Source of the DNA: Sminthopsis crassicaudata
Lineage: Eukaryota
Assembly (NCBI RefSeq): GCF_048593235.1
Contig: NC_133620.1
Location: 440,291,261 to 440,355,260, forward strand
Direction: 5' to 3'
DNA length: 64,000 nt
Shown: one piece after another, positions 39,180-50,184 of the stretch
Position numbering within the stretch: the first letter of the stretch is position 1
Layout of the letters: each line of letters starts with the position of its first letter
Program-made: the position numbers and the translations under genes
Notes under the pieces: generated by a model
Told to the model about the DNA's origin: nothing
The model's database searches: none
What the model saw: the letters and a program-made list of their open reading frames with translations, nothing else

Positions 39180-41340
39180 TCTTCCAGTCAATAAGCATTA
39201 GACACCTACTATCTTTATGTATTGTACCATTTGAAAGAACATTCAGTCTAATACTAGCTATCTTCATGGAGCTTACATTCTAATAGGAGAAGCAATGTGT
39301 ACATTGATAGGTAAATGTAAAACATATGTCAAACAGACATAAGATAACCTGAGGGAAATAGGAGAGAGGCTCAACCAGCTGGAGAGATGCAGAAAAATGT
39401 CATTCACTAGATGGTACTTGAACTGAATGGTAAAGAAAGCCAGGGAACTGCAGACATAGAAAGGAGAAGGGAGTACATTCCAGGCATGGTGGGGTATCCG
39501 GTGCAAAGGCAAAGAGAACTATTTAGTAGGAGGCCAGTCTGTCTGCACCATAGAAACATTTTAACTATACTAAGTAGTATTTATGTAATGAGTCTGGAAA
39601 GGTAAGATTGGGCCAGGTGGCAAAGAGCTTTAGAAGAAAAATAGAAGATTTTATATTTCTTCTCATAGGTAATAAGCAGCTAAATGACTCAGTGAATAGA
39701 GCACTGGGCCTGGAGTCTGTGTGACTCCATGTAAGTCACTTAATGCTGTCTGACTCAGTTTCCTCATCTGCCAAAAAAGTTGGAGAAGAAAAGCAAACCA
39801 CTCCTGTATCTTTACCACAAAAGCTCCAAAATGGAGTTATGAAAACTCATACATGACTGAAAACAACTGAACAATACATAGATAATGGAATTTATTGAGT
39901 GGGAGAATTACATGGTCAAGTCTGAGATCAAGCATTATTACTTTGGTGGCTAGGTAGAGGATGGAGAGAGGCAAGAAGGTCAGTTGGGAGGACATTGCAA
40001 TAGTCCAAGTTAAGAGATGATGAGGGCCTGAACTAGGGTATAGTTCAGGAAAATGGAGAAAAATACTCCTTTGGTAAGAATTCTTTATGAAAGTCATAAA
40101 GAGGACCAAAAAAATCCAATGAGTTTTGGCAACTGATTAAAAATGTGGGGTAAAAAAGGGTGAGGAATCAAGGATGGCACCGAGTTTGTGATCCTCAACA
40201 ATAAGAGGGAATTTGAGGAGAGGAGTACCTGGGGTGGAAGGGTGGAAGTAACATCCAGTTAGATGGTTTTATGCAGGTCTAGAACTTAGGAGAAAAAGAG
40301 GTTAGGAGCAGACTGAGAAATCTGGAGTTTCTTTTGCATGGATATGATTACTGAATTATGCGAGCTAATGTCACCAAATGAAAGAACATAGGAAAGAAAA
40401 GAGGATACAGTACAGCACTTTGGGATAAATCTATGGTTCAAATACATAAGCAACACTGAAATAAATTGCACAAAAGGAGTGACATCATATTATATTTAGG
40501 CATAAATTATTCTGTAAGGGATATTCAGGATAGATGAAAAGGGGCAGAGACTAGAGGCTATTCCAAGAGGGCAAGTGAGACATGGGGAGGACTTGTCCTA
40601 GTGATGAGGTTTAGAATTGGAGTATCTAAGTGAAATTAGGTTTAATTGAGGTCTAGTGGCAGGTTCAGGGTACAGGGAGTCAAATAGAGCTCCCCTGCAA
40701 CCCCTTTGGATTCGGCGCAAGGATACAGACTTAAATGAGGTCTAATAGTGGCGCAGAGTTCCCCGTAAAGGAATTTACAACCCGAAAACCTAGATTGATA
40801 AAAGAGGTTTATTATGGGGTTTGGAAGTAGAGTCTAGTTAGTAGAAGTTGAAGGTAGAGATAAAAGGGCACCAGAACCAGGGTTGCAGTGGGCAGAGATC
40901 CTTGGTATGCCAGGCATAAGGCTGCCATGTTTGGGACCTCTGCAAAGAGAAGGCTCCAGCTTGGCTCTTTTATAAGAAGAGATTTAGCTAAAGGGAGCTG
41001 TGGGTGGAGTTCCAGGTTGGCTCCTGACTGGGTTTCAGCCAGGGTTAGAATTTGAATTGAATTCAATGGGTTTCGGGACTGAGCCAGATAACAAAGATGA
41101 AACTATTTGTGCTTAGGCTGGAGTCCCCTCCCTGAGGCAGATTCCAAGGAGGTTTTCTCCTTTAAGGATTTTTCAGAGTTTGGGGGTTTCCTCATCACTA
41201 GGGTTGAGGAATAATGCTTAGAAATTCTATCAACTGGTCTAGTTGTCTAGTCGTGATGTGGGGTTTGACACCACATGTCACATCTTTCAGAAATAAAAGA
41301 TGAGAGAGAAAAAAGAATTATAGCTAATTTCAGGATTACA
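39180..41340 (-). mobile_element. L2 LINE remnant hosting a Mar1 SINE and a solo LTR
   Basis: Purine-rich reverse L2 blocks (gagatgatgagggcctgaactagg; ggcaactgatt). Confidence 0.6.
40602..41197 (-). mobile_element. Solo LTR, 4-bp TSD CTAG, inserted in an L2
   Basis: Perfect 8-bp terminal inverted repeat TGATGAGG/CCTCATCA. CTAG at 40598-40601 and 41198-41201. On the minus strand, TATAAAA is at 40968-40974 and AATAAA at 40808-40813. Confidence 0.9.
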
Positions 41341-41421
41341 GGCATGAGAGACAGGTCATAGTCTCCTAGAATTCAATTCAATTTAACAATTTGGTAGGCA
41401 CCAAAAGTTGGGACTTGGTGA

Positions 41422-41925
41422 TGTGAAGAATTCGCAATGGTCTTTCTCTTTGGCAAATGGGAGATTTATTTAGGGAAACAGATTACAGACAAAATAAAGA
41501 AATACAATATGATGAGGTCTTCAGTGTTAGGTGTAGTTAGCACAGGAACTGATCCCTAAGGCAGGCAGGGAGAAGGCTTTGATACAGATAAATTCAGCTC
41601 CATAATCCTACTCTCTGGGGATGTTGTCCAGTCTGAATCCAAGTTATGTCAAATCCCTGAGACTTAACTTCAGGAGGGGTCTTGAGCAATCTTACCTTGC
41701 CATGCCATGCCAGAAATCCTAGTCAAATCCCTGAGGTTAAAATTTCTCTACAAAATCTACTAATGGGCCATCCCATGGCTGTTGCCTCTCATGTTGTCTT
41801 TTTCCTTATCCCTCCTTCATGCTGTATGATCTCTCCCCCAACTCCACTATGCTTCCCAACTCCACTTCTCCTCATAGATAACTAACTCTTAGGCTCTAAA
41901 ATCATCCTGCTGGTAGTTTCTTACA
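41422..41925 (-). mobile_element. Probable solo LTR
   Basis: Ends are tgtgaagaa/ttcttaca. Minus-strand AATAAA is at 41465-41470. An internal 14-bp direct repeat GTCAAATCCCTGAG occurs at 41648 and 41722. No TSD found. Confidence 0.5.
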
Positions 41926-43099
41926 GAACAATAATATGGAATTGTGTCTTAATTAAATTTTATATCTAACCAAAATGGATACAGATGTTTAAAAATGTTT
42001 GTTGAATTGATAGAATCACGTGAATATTCTTAATCCTGTGGAAGGTATAATTAGATTAAGAATTCACAATTGTTCAAAAGGGCTGTTGAAAATCAGGACA
42101 ACAAACTTCCAGGAGCATGGAGATTGTAGGACCACAGTATCAGAACTGGAAAAGACCTTAGAGGTCATGAAGTTTGTCTCCCTCATTTTATGGAAGAGGA
42201 AACAGATCTAGAAAGGGCTAGTGATGTGCCCAGGTTCACACAACTAATAAGTAGCTCAGGCAGGATCTGAATGAAGTAGGAATGTTTGAAAACAAAGGAA
42301 GATGTCCCAGCTTATTTATAGTTGAAGAATTGTACAGATAAGTTTAGATCATCCCAGAATGATTGGAACAAGATGTCAGTATGACACAAAGGATCTTTTG
42401 GGCAATGCTCACTAGAACTTTGAGAAGAAAACAACCCTGTAAATCAAAATTCTTTTCGGAAGATTCTATGCATTCACTATTCATTATCATACAAGCCCTC
42501 CTGTTTGTCCACGAAATATTGATGATGATAATAGCTGATATTTGTATAATGTTTTCAAATTTGCAAAACAAGTTAGATACATTATGTCCTTTAATCCTCA
42601 CAACATTTTTTGTAAGATGGGTGTTACTATTTCCTTCTTTTTATAGCTCAGGAACCTAAGTGACATTCCCCTCCTCCTCTCTCTATAAGTCTAGAAACTA
42701 TTGACTTAGATTCATATTTGAACATATGAATGAATGGGAATGGGAATATGAATGAATCTTTGTGTGTATGAGTATAGCTACTGAGATTAATGAAGCTTAA
42801 TTGACAGACTCTTGATTAAGGGCTTCCTAATTAAGATTCTTACAAGCTAATAAATCTTTGAAAATTAGGATTCCATGGCTGCAGTTCTTTCCTAATAGCT
42901 CCCTCCTCTGGTTTCTTACACAATCCTAACTGGTGGAGTTGCTAATTTGATATAGTTAATCTCATCATCTCTTACCTGGACAATAGTAATGGCCTCCTAA
43001 TGGACCTCCCTCATTCCAAATCATCCCTCACTTATCCATTTTGCTATCAGACTTGATCATATAAATTTTCCTGCTCGATAAATTCCAGTGGTTCCCTAT

Positions 43100-43102
<3 letters not shown>

Positions 43103-43150
<48 letters not shown>
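43103..43150. repeat. (AT)n microsatellite
   Basis: Read directly from the sequence. Confidence 0.97.
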
Positions 43151-43153
<3 letters not shown>

Positions 43154-43969
43154 GTTTTTTCCAGTTTTTTCTTGATTCTTCATGACCCCATTTTAGAATT
43201 TTCTTGACAAATATCATGGATCCTTCTCCAGCTCATTTTACAGATGAGAAAACTGAGGCAAATAGAATTAAGTGACTTGGCCAGAGTTACACAGCTAAAA
43301 TGAAGAAATTAAACCAGATGATGTCTTGGGTCTCTTCCTATTCTTATATCTTATAGTCTTACCCTCTTTCACAAGTGTACATATACATATATATGTGTAC
43401 ACATATGGACATGTGCCTATTTACATGCTATGCATGCATAGACACATGCATGCATAGTGTAAACCTACATGGTATTGGACACCAATGTTCTATGCACTGT
43501 GTCACCTAGGTAATAATAATAGCTAACACTTACATGGTATCAACTTACAGTATTTGCCAATTTCCAAGGTATACATGCTCACACTCAGCTCTTTGAAGCA
43601 AGTTTGAGCAGGTTCCAGCATACTTCTGCTTGTGATCTTCTACTCCTGAGAGTTGGACGGTGGTTTAGTCTGGGTCACAGATATTAGAGATATTTGCTAC
43701 ATGCAACCATGATACATGGAAAGATGGACTTGAGACATGAAAACCTGAATTTGAATTTTACCTTAGACACTGTATCCCTGATGCAAATTATTTAATCTCT
43801 TTTTACTTCAGTTTCCTCTTCTATAAAACAGGGTTGAAATTACATTCGTGAATGCTTTGCAAACCTTACAGCACTATATAAATACTAGTTATTATGATTA
43901 ATATATTTTTCTGCTATTTACTGTAAATAAGTTGTCCTTTTTCACCACCATTGTCATGTGATTAATATG

Positions 43970-44016
43970 AATCGGTTATTTATAGAGGAAATTGAATTGG
44001 TTATTTATAGAGGAAA
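43970..44016. promoter_or_regulatory. Tandem duplicated MEF2 + GGAAA (ETS/NFAT-core) motif
   Basis: aat(c/t)ggTTATTTATAGaGGAAA occurs twice with a 25-bp period. TTATTTATAG fits the MEF2 consensus YTAWWWWTAR. Confidence 0.4.
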
Positions 44017-44185
44017 GAATCCCAGAGGGCAAAATAGGGGCTCAGAGAAATAATTAGTATGGATAAAGCAAAATAGGTTTTAAGATCTATTATTTTAATG
44101 AATAATTATTGAGGTTGGTTCTACATCTTTCTACAGCTTAACTTCTCTCTATCCCTTTTGTTGTTGCTAGTGTGTCTGTGTGTTT

Positions 44186-44188
<3 letters not shown>

Positions 44189-44264
<76 letters not shown>
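44189..44264. repeat. Compound (GT)n(GA)n microsatellite
   Basis: Read directly from the sequence. Confidence 0.97.
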
Positions 44265-44266
<2 letters not shown>

Positions 44267-44879
44267 CATATCACAAGGCCTAGGTGCCAGTTACCATTTG
44301 TCCCAGAGTCCATCTGCATCATACCAGTCCTTTCCCTCAGTCAGAAGCAGATTTCTTCCTGTTTCAAAATCTTGACTTCCCTTTTAGACCACTCCCTCAT
44401 AGAACTGGGGCAAAGTAAATGTTTCTTCTTCATTTTAAAGTCAGATACCCTGTGGTAAGTGCCACATATATCATAAAATGAATACTTGCACACCATGGTG
44501 AGAAGAGTACTCTAGCATTGCTAAAAAAAACCAAACTGAAGTCTCTTTCTTTGACTTGTATCCAAGATAGCTCTTTAGTATCTGGTTCTATCCACTAAGT
44601 TTTTATTTCTTATTTAAAGGCGCTCACCTGCAGAATAAAGATAACTGACTGACCTCTTCTAGATCCAATGAATGATTATGTAAGGGGGCGACTTTGTCAC
44701 CCCCAGAGCTAAATCTTAGAGGAAGTTTAAGGATTATATGAGTTATAGGTGAGGAGGGAGCACATCCCAATCACATCCTCTTCTGAATGCTGGCTTTGAT
44801 TAGAGGGAAAATGGAGAGACTAGAAAATGGGTGAGATGCCTGAGGGTGAATAGAGAGGAATCACAACTAAGGTTAAAAA

Positions 44880-45040
44880 TAGGAGTTCTTAACCCATTGC
44901 CTTGTTTAAGAAATATTTCAATAACTGTATTTTATTATAATTAGTTTCCTTTGTAACCCTACACATTTTATGCCTTTAAAAATATTGTTCTGAGAAAGGT
45001 TCACTAAACAGTCCATGACAGAAAAGGTTAAGAATCTCTG
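44880..45040. mobile_element. Old hAT/Charlie (MER5-like) MITE
   Basis: TIR-like ends aggagttcttaacc / ggttaagaatctctg. Confidence 0.6.
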
Positions 45041-46287
45041 GAATCTTTGGGTGGCAGAAGGATCCGGCTGGAGGCTTCAGAAGACACATTTCAGAAATGT
45101 TCCTGGGGCAATCCTGCATAGTTGACTTGTGTTGAATCACTAAGAATAATCAGAAATGATGTCTTCCTATTACGATTGTATGATGAAGAGGCATAAATTG
45201 TGGGCAAGTAAGACTTATTCATTCTACAAATTCTTTGAATTTCTGTTTTTAGAACTAGATTTGCCATAGCTGATCCTCACAGAATTGCCCTACTATGGGT
45301 CAAGAGTCAGGTAGGGGATGGTAAGCCAATTGAAGGGTAGGAAGCCTTCCATCTATCAAGGTATATTCAGTGTACTCAGTCAGCTTTTTAGATCCAAAGG
45401 AGTTAGGAAAGAATGTAAAGTTAAACTGGGTTACTCATCTGGAGCAGTCACTAGGGCAAATCAGCCCAGACCATTCCCTCACTCCTCCTCACCCACTTCC
45501 AACTTCCTGGAGAGGCTCCAGAATTTTCCCCCAGCCTCAATAATCACCATCTTCCTCATTATCATCCATGCCAATAAGAATTTCTCTGGAGCTTCCTGGG
45601 CCTCCATTATTTCTATGGGCAGATGATATTAACCAAGAGAAAAATCCATGATGTTGGCAATGTGATGTAAAATGTAAGAACCTGATATAAAGACCTTCTG
45701 ATAATTCTAGCACTAGTTAGGAACCGGCTGAATTTTGAGATATGTGACTCTCTTTCTGGCTTTGAGTAATATCTCTCTATATAGGACCACCCACATCCAA
45801 GCAGTGAGATCACATTAGGAAAATATCACAGAGTGCAAATTGTCCCTTGCCCTAGGACCAATAGATTAGATTATGTATAATGAGAGATTGTATAGATTAT
45901 AGTGAAACAATGGGAATAAACTTTTTTTTTTCCTTAAGAATTTCCTAAGAAGAAAAATAAGGGATGATAGCTTGTTTTTCTTATTTGCAAAATGAAGCTG
46001 TTGGATGAGATGATCTCCAAGGTTTTACATAAGCATCTTATAACTAGGAAATGCAAGGTTATTACCAAGGAGGACTTGGAATTTCCTGCCTAGAAAGTAG
46101 GCTTTCTGATCTTTTAGAACACAGGACAGAGACTGTTTTTTTTCCTTTCTTTGTATCTCTAGGACTTAGCAGAGTGTCTGATATGTATTAATCCCCTAAG
46201 AAATTATCCTAATCTAAATTATCCTTCCATTATCTTCCTCTGCTTCACTCCCCCTTAACCTAGACTTGCTACCTTTCTTTATTGCCC

Positions 46288-46664
46288 TGAAATGGACAAA
46301 AGACTGGCCCCCTCATCCCTGGGTCAAGGGGCCTCAGGCTTATAGGAAATTGTTGCTTAAACTAAATTAAGGGAAGTGTTTTTACAAAGCACTTGCTCAA
46401 TTATGTTCAGACAGAATGCATACCTAACAATGTCAGACATCCTGTCATTTTCCCATTGTAAGCGAGAGACTGTGTCAAGGAAACTTGTAACCTCTAAGGC
46501 TGTACCAAGGAGTAGCAAAGGTGCTTAAAAGTCTGTCTCACTGGAGGCCCTGGGCTGATCTCTACTAGCCTGTCTAGTGGGATCAGTCGCTGTCCCGCTG
46601 GCTAATAAATGATGCTTTAAATTGAATAATCTGGTCTTAGCTGTTTATCTCATGTTTGTCCATT
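46288..46664 (+). mobile_element. 5' LTR (family A)
   Basis: Begins TGAAATGGAC, has AATAAA at 46604-46609 and is ~90% identical to 49230-49607 by manual alignment. Confidence 0.92.
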
Positions 46665-46682
46665 TGGAGGTTCCACCGAGAT
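46665..46682 (+). other. Retroviral primer-binding site, tRNA-Gln
   Basis: TGGAGGTTCCACCGAGAT is the reverse complement of the 3' 18 nt of vertebrate tRNA-Gln (ATCTCGGTGGAACCTCCA). Confidence 0.9.
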
Positions 46683-48112
46683 AGCCTTTGGCTCACCTTC
46701 TGTTGGATCCACCAACACTGCTCTCCACCTAGGGGGTGGCCACTGGGATTGATGTTCTCTGGTCCCAGGTGTGTTTGAAACGGTGTAGGTTGATTCTACC
46801 TAAGTTCAAAATTCTAATCTGATCAATAGCATCCTGAAGGGCCCCTGCAGCTGCCTGACTATCCTGCAGCCATCTGTCTGGTGATTACTCCTGTATCTGC
46901 AGCAAGTGGCTAAGCTGGACACAGCATTAACACCCTTGCTGACCTCCACAGTTCTGACTAGTTCCCGTCAGTGGTTTGTTGTCTCCCTTGTGTTGTGTTC
47001 TCTCTGGTGTCATGGGCCAGGGAGCTTCTCGGAAGCAAACTAATCTATATGTGTTAAATGTTTTTTTAATGTTGTAACTGCAGTCTGTGATTTGTATTCT
47101 GTGTCCTGTGTGATGTGTGTTCTATGTTCTGTGTGATTTGTCTGTTTTATTCATTTAAGAGCTCTGTTAAATTTTAAGAACAATGATTAAGAAATTTGGG
47201 AATTGGTTATTCAAAAATTTGCTTGTGATTCTAAACTTTTTAACCTAATATACTAATTTGTAAGTAAAAGAAAAAAAAACTGGGCTGAAGAGTTTTCAGA
47301 GCCTGTTAGAATAAATGGCAATAAAACCTTTATCTGATTAAAACTCCGGCAGGAGAAAAAAACATTTGATTAGGAACTTTGGGATGATTCTGAAAATTGT
47401 GGGAAATAATTTTGCTACTGCCTTTGCATGATAGATTTGTTTATTCTGAGTATAAGATCTTGGAATTTGTTTGAATATTGATACCTTTATTACTAAAGAG
47501 GAAGAGATAGAACATTGGAGAAACTAGTGTGTTTTTCTTAAAATACCTGAAAGAATGGGAACCCCTAGCTCCTATTCACTTTACCTTAGGCACTTCTGCC
47601 CCACCTCCTATCTCACTAGTTCAGAAGTTTTGTTTTTTTGTTTGTTTGTTTTTAAGACAGTCCTTTTATGCTTTAGCTTTGGAACCCCTTATTCTGTTAG
47701 AATTGCCCTTGCAGACTAAGTTTTTAGGATTATTTTTTTAAAAATTAACCAGAAATCAGACACCTATCTTGGGACTGGCAGTCTCTCTGATCTGTTTTTC
47801 CAGTCCTATAACTCCAGTTTCTTAATTAGTATTTCAGCAATCTCAAAGGACCTTGTAGTTTGATATAAGGCATTTAAAAGTTTGGGGTTTGCCTGCCTTG
47901 ATGGTCTAACTGTTCATAATCTGCTCTGCAATCTGATCCTTTTTGCAGCCCTGACCCTGACAGGTGAAGCTACTCCAAGCCTTACCCTTGTCCCCTGGAG
48001 AGGGTTGCCTCTCTGAATGGGCCTTGAGCCCTGCTGCTCTGTAAGCAGAGACTGAGTTAAGTGCACAAATGACTGCAGACCACCAAACTCACAGTGAACT
48101 GTCCATCTCAAA

Positions 48113-48396
48113 CTGGATTCTCTGGCTGAGATGGTGCCCTAACTGCAGAGGACCTGACATGCTTGCAACAAGGGAGCTTTCAGGGGCAGCTAGGTGGCCC
48201 AGTGGATAGAGCACCAGCCTTGAATTCAGGAGGACCCGAGTTCAAATCTAGTCTCAGACACTTAACACTTCCTATCTGTGTGACCCTGGGCAAGTCACTT
48301 AACCCCAGCCTCAGAAAGGAAAAAAATAAAAATAATAAAAAAATAAAAAATAAACAAGGGAGCCTTTGTACTGCTGTTAACTCTGGGGTTACCAGG
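48113..48396 (+). pseudogene. Degraded env TM remnant 1, interrupted by a SINE
   Basis: With frameshifts it reads LDSLAEMV..NCRGPDML..QQG[SINE]SLCTAVNSGVTR, matching the DSLAEVVLQNRRGLDLL..GGLCAAL..NQSGVIR pattern. The CX6CC segment is deleted. Confidence 0.65.
48181..48352 (+). mobile_element. WSINE1-type CORE-SINE inserted into the ERV
   Basis: The head is ggggcagctaggtggc, with A/B-box-like sequence and an A-rich tail. The TSD is aacaagggagc at 48167-48177 and 48353-48363. Confidence 0.88.
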
Positions 48397-48454
48397 AGAG
48401 ATTTGTCCTTGCATTTTTTTCTCTACTTTTATTCAGAAGAGAGAGAATATGGAA

Positions 48455-48899
48455 TGTTGTGCCACAGTTCTCTTTAGTGGTCCTGACTCAGTTTCCCCAA
48501 ATTGTTCTGTCTCAGTTTCCTTAATTGTTCTGTCTTAATCCCCTTCGTTGCAAACCCCCCCCCCATTCATTAAAGGGCCACTTGCTCTAAGGTTTATAAA
48601 TTGTTAATGTGAGACTCAAGATAAGGGGGAGTTCAGACTTTCTGGCTCCTATCATAATGTCCAGTGTCTCCCCCCATGATGTCAGAACCAGATTAATAGT
48701 CTGTTCCCACTCTCAATGTTCTGACCCCGCCCCTGCCTTGGTCTACTGCTGTAGCTAAGCAATGTGTGTATACATGTCATTGAGAACTCACATTCACCAC
48801 TGGATACTTTGAGAATAGAGTCCTGTCCAGTAAATCAAACTCTCCAATAAATAGAATGTTGGGAGCTCTCTATCTTGCCTCTGTTTCTCTGGCCTTACA
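48455..48899 (+). mobile_element. Internal LTR of a second family (family B)
   Basis: TG...CA ends (tgttgtgcc...ggccttaca) and AATAAA at ~48846. A purine-rich run lies immediately upstream. It is homologous to 18601-18900. No TSD found. Confidence 0.75.
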
Positions 48900-48910
48900 T
48901 TTGCCTTCTT

Positions 48911-49100
48911 AGCTCCCAGGTAGATAAATCAGTGGACTCTCTAGCAGAAGTTATATTACAGAACCGCTGTGGATTAGATTTGCTGTTCCTGAAGCAAGGG
49001 GGACTGTGTATGGCGCTGGGAGAATCTTGTTGCTTCTACACAAATCGGTCGGGGGTCATTAGGGAATCACTCACCTCCTTGCATAAGTGGTTGGATGACT
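48911..49100 (+). pseudogene. env TM remnant 2: immunosuppressive domain and CX6CC motif
   Basis: [48 protein letters not shown] is a gamma-type TM ISD (CKS-17-like) followed by CX6CC. Confidence 0.92.
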
Positions 49101-49217
49101 GGAGGCCAGTCATAAGGCTTCAATGTCCTGGTATCAGTCACTACAAACCCTGAAACTTTTCGCCCTCAAGATGACTTATTCCCCATTGGCCTCAGATGAG
49201 TCACAACTATGAACATA

Positions 49218-49607
49218 AAAAGGGGGGAGTGAAATGGACAAAAGACCGGCCCCCTCATCCCTGGGTCAAGGGTCCTCAGGCTTATAGGAATATGTTGCTT
49301 AAACTAAATTAAGGGAAGTGTTTTTATAAGCACTTGCTCAACTATGTTCAGACAGAATGCTTGCCTAACAATGTCAGACATCCTGTCATTTCCTCATTGT
49401 AAGCGAGAGACTGTATCAAGGAAACTTGTAGTCACAAGGCAATACCAAGGAGTGGCAAATGTGCTTAAAAGTCTGTCTCACTGGAGGCTCAGGGCTAATC
49501 TCTACTAGCCTGTCTAGTGGGGTCAGTTGCCAGCTGGCCGGCTAATAAATGATGCTTTAAATTGAATAATCTGGTCCAAGCTGTCTATCTCGTGTCAGTC
49601 TATTTCA
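49218..49607 (+). mobile_element. Polypurine tract (49218-49229) and 3' LTR (49230-49607, family A)
   Basis: Reads aaaaggggggag|TGAAATGGAC...GTCTATTTCA|gccc. The terminal inverted repeat matches 9/10, and AATAAA is at 49544-49549. Confidence 0.92.
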
Positions 49608-50184
49608 GCCCTAGCACTCAGCACAATGGTTACCACATAGTAGGCACTTGATGACTAATCTCTTTAACCCTCCAAAACAAGAATTGAGGCTGATGACTTT
49701 GCACAGTCTGCCTCACTTAAATCCAACTCACATGTACCCTTGTGATGTCATTGATTCTCTTCAAGAATGATGTACAACAACAATCAATCCTACCTCTAAG
49801 ACTTTGCTCATGCCATCCCCTCAACTGAAATGTTCTTCCTTCTTTTTTTCCACCTATCTAATTGAAACCCCAACTTCATCTTTGAAGTTTGCTTCCTTGA
49901 AGCCTTTTTCAATTGCTCTGTCCCATACTGAGGTCCTCTTCCTTGAACTCCTTCAAAGGTAGAATTGATAAACCAGTTTAGCACTTTGTTGTTGTTTATT
50001 TGAATTCTCTCTTTCATTTAGATCTCTGAGGACCAGAAGCACTTCTGTACACACCCAGGTTCTGGCAGGATTTCTGAGATCATGATGGGTGCTCACTAAG
50101 GACTTATCAGAAACAGAAGTCCAAATGCTTCTATCCCTTATCCTTTCATTTGGAGTCCATCATTGAAGGGACATACAAAGGAAA

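Larger units (their letters stand above)
46288..49607 (+). mobile_element. Internally deleted class I (gamma-like/ERV1) endogenous retrovirus, two LTRs, 4-bp TSD GCCC
   Basis: Two ~377-bp direct repeats. GCCC at 46284-46287 and 49608-49611. The PBS follows the 5' LTR and a polypurine tract precedes the 3' LTR. env TM remnants are present, but I recognise no pol. Confidence 0.93.

Noticed and set aside
44684-44704. CTCF-like AGGGGGCG and a small hairpin; similar CTCF-like hit near 7878
   Set aside because: The 5' half of the CTCF consensus is missing, and a short hairpin like this is expected by chance.
47160-47620. gag remnant within the ERV leader
   Set aside because: Only vague similarity (a proline-rich patch) and no MHR or zinc knuckle. 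I cannot support it without an HMM search.
48181-48352. tRNA-like A/B boxes as tRNA genes (here and in other SINE heads)
   Set aside because: They belong to tRNA-derived CORE-SINEs with A tails and TSDs, and show no cloverleaf.
48875-49153. 92-aa env-like ORF as a domesticated, syncytin-like gene
   Set aside because: It starts at a non-ATG codon inside LTR-B and has no signal peptide, SU, fusion peptide or membrane anchor. The ISD carries an R-to-C change. It is best read as a remnant.
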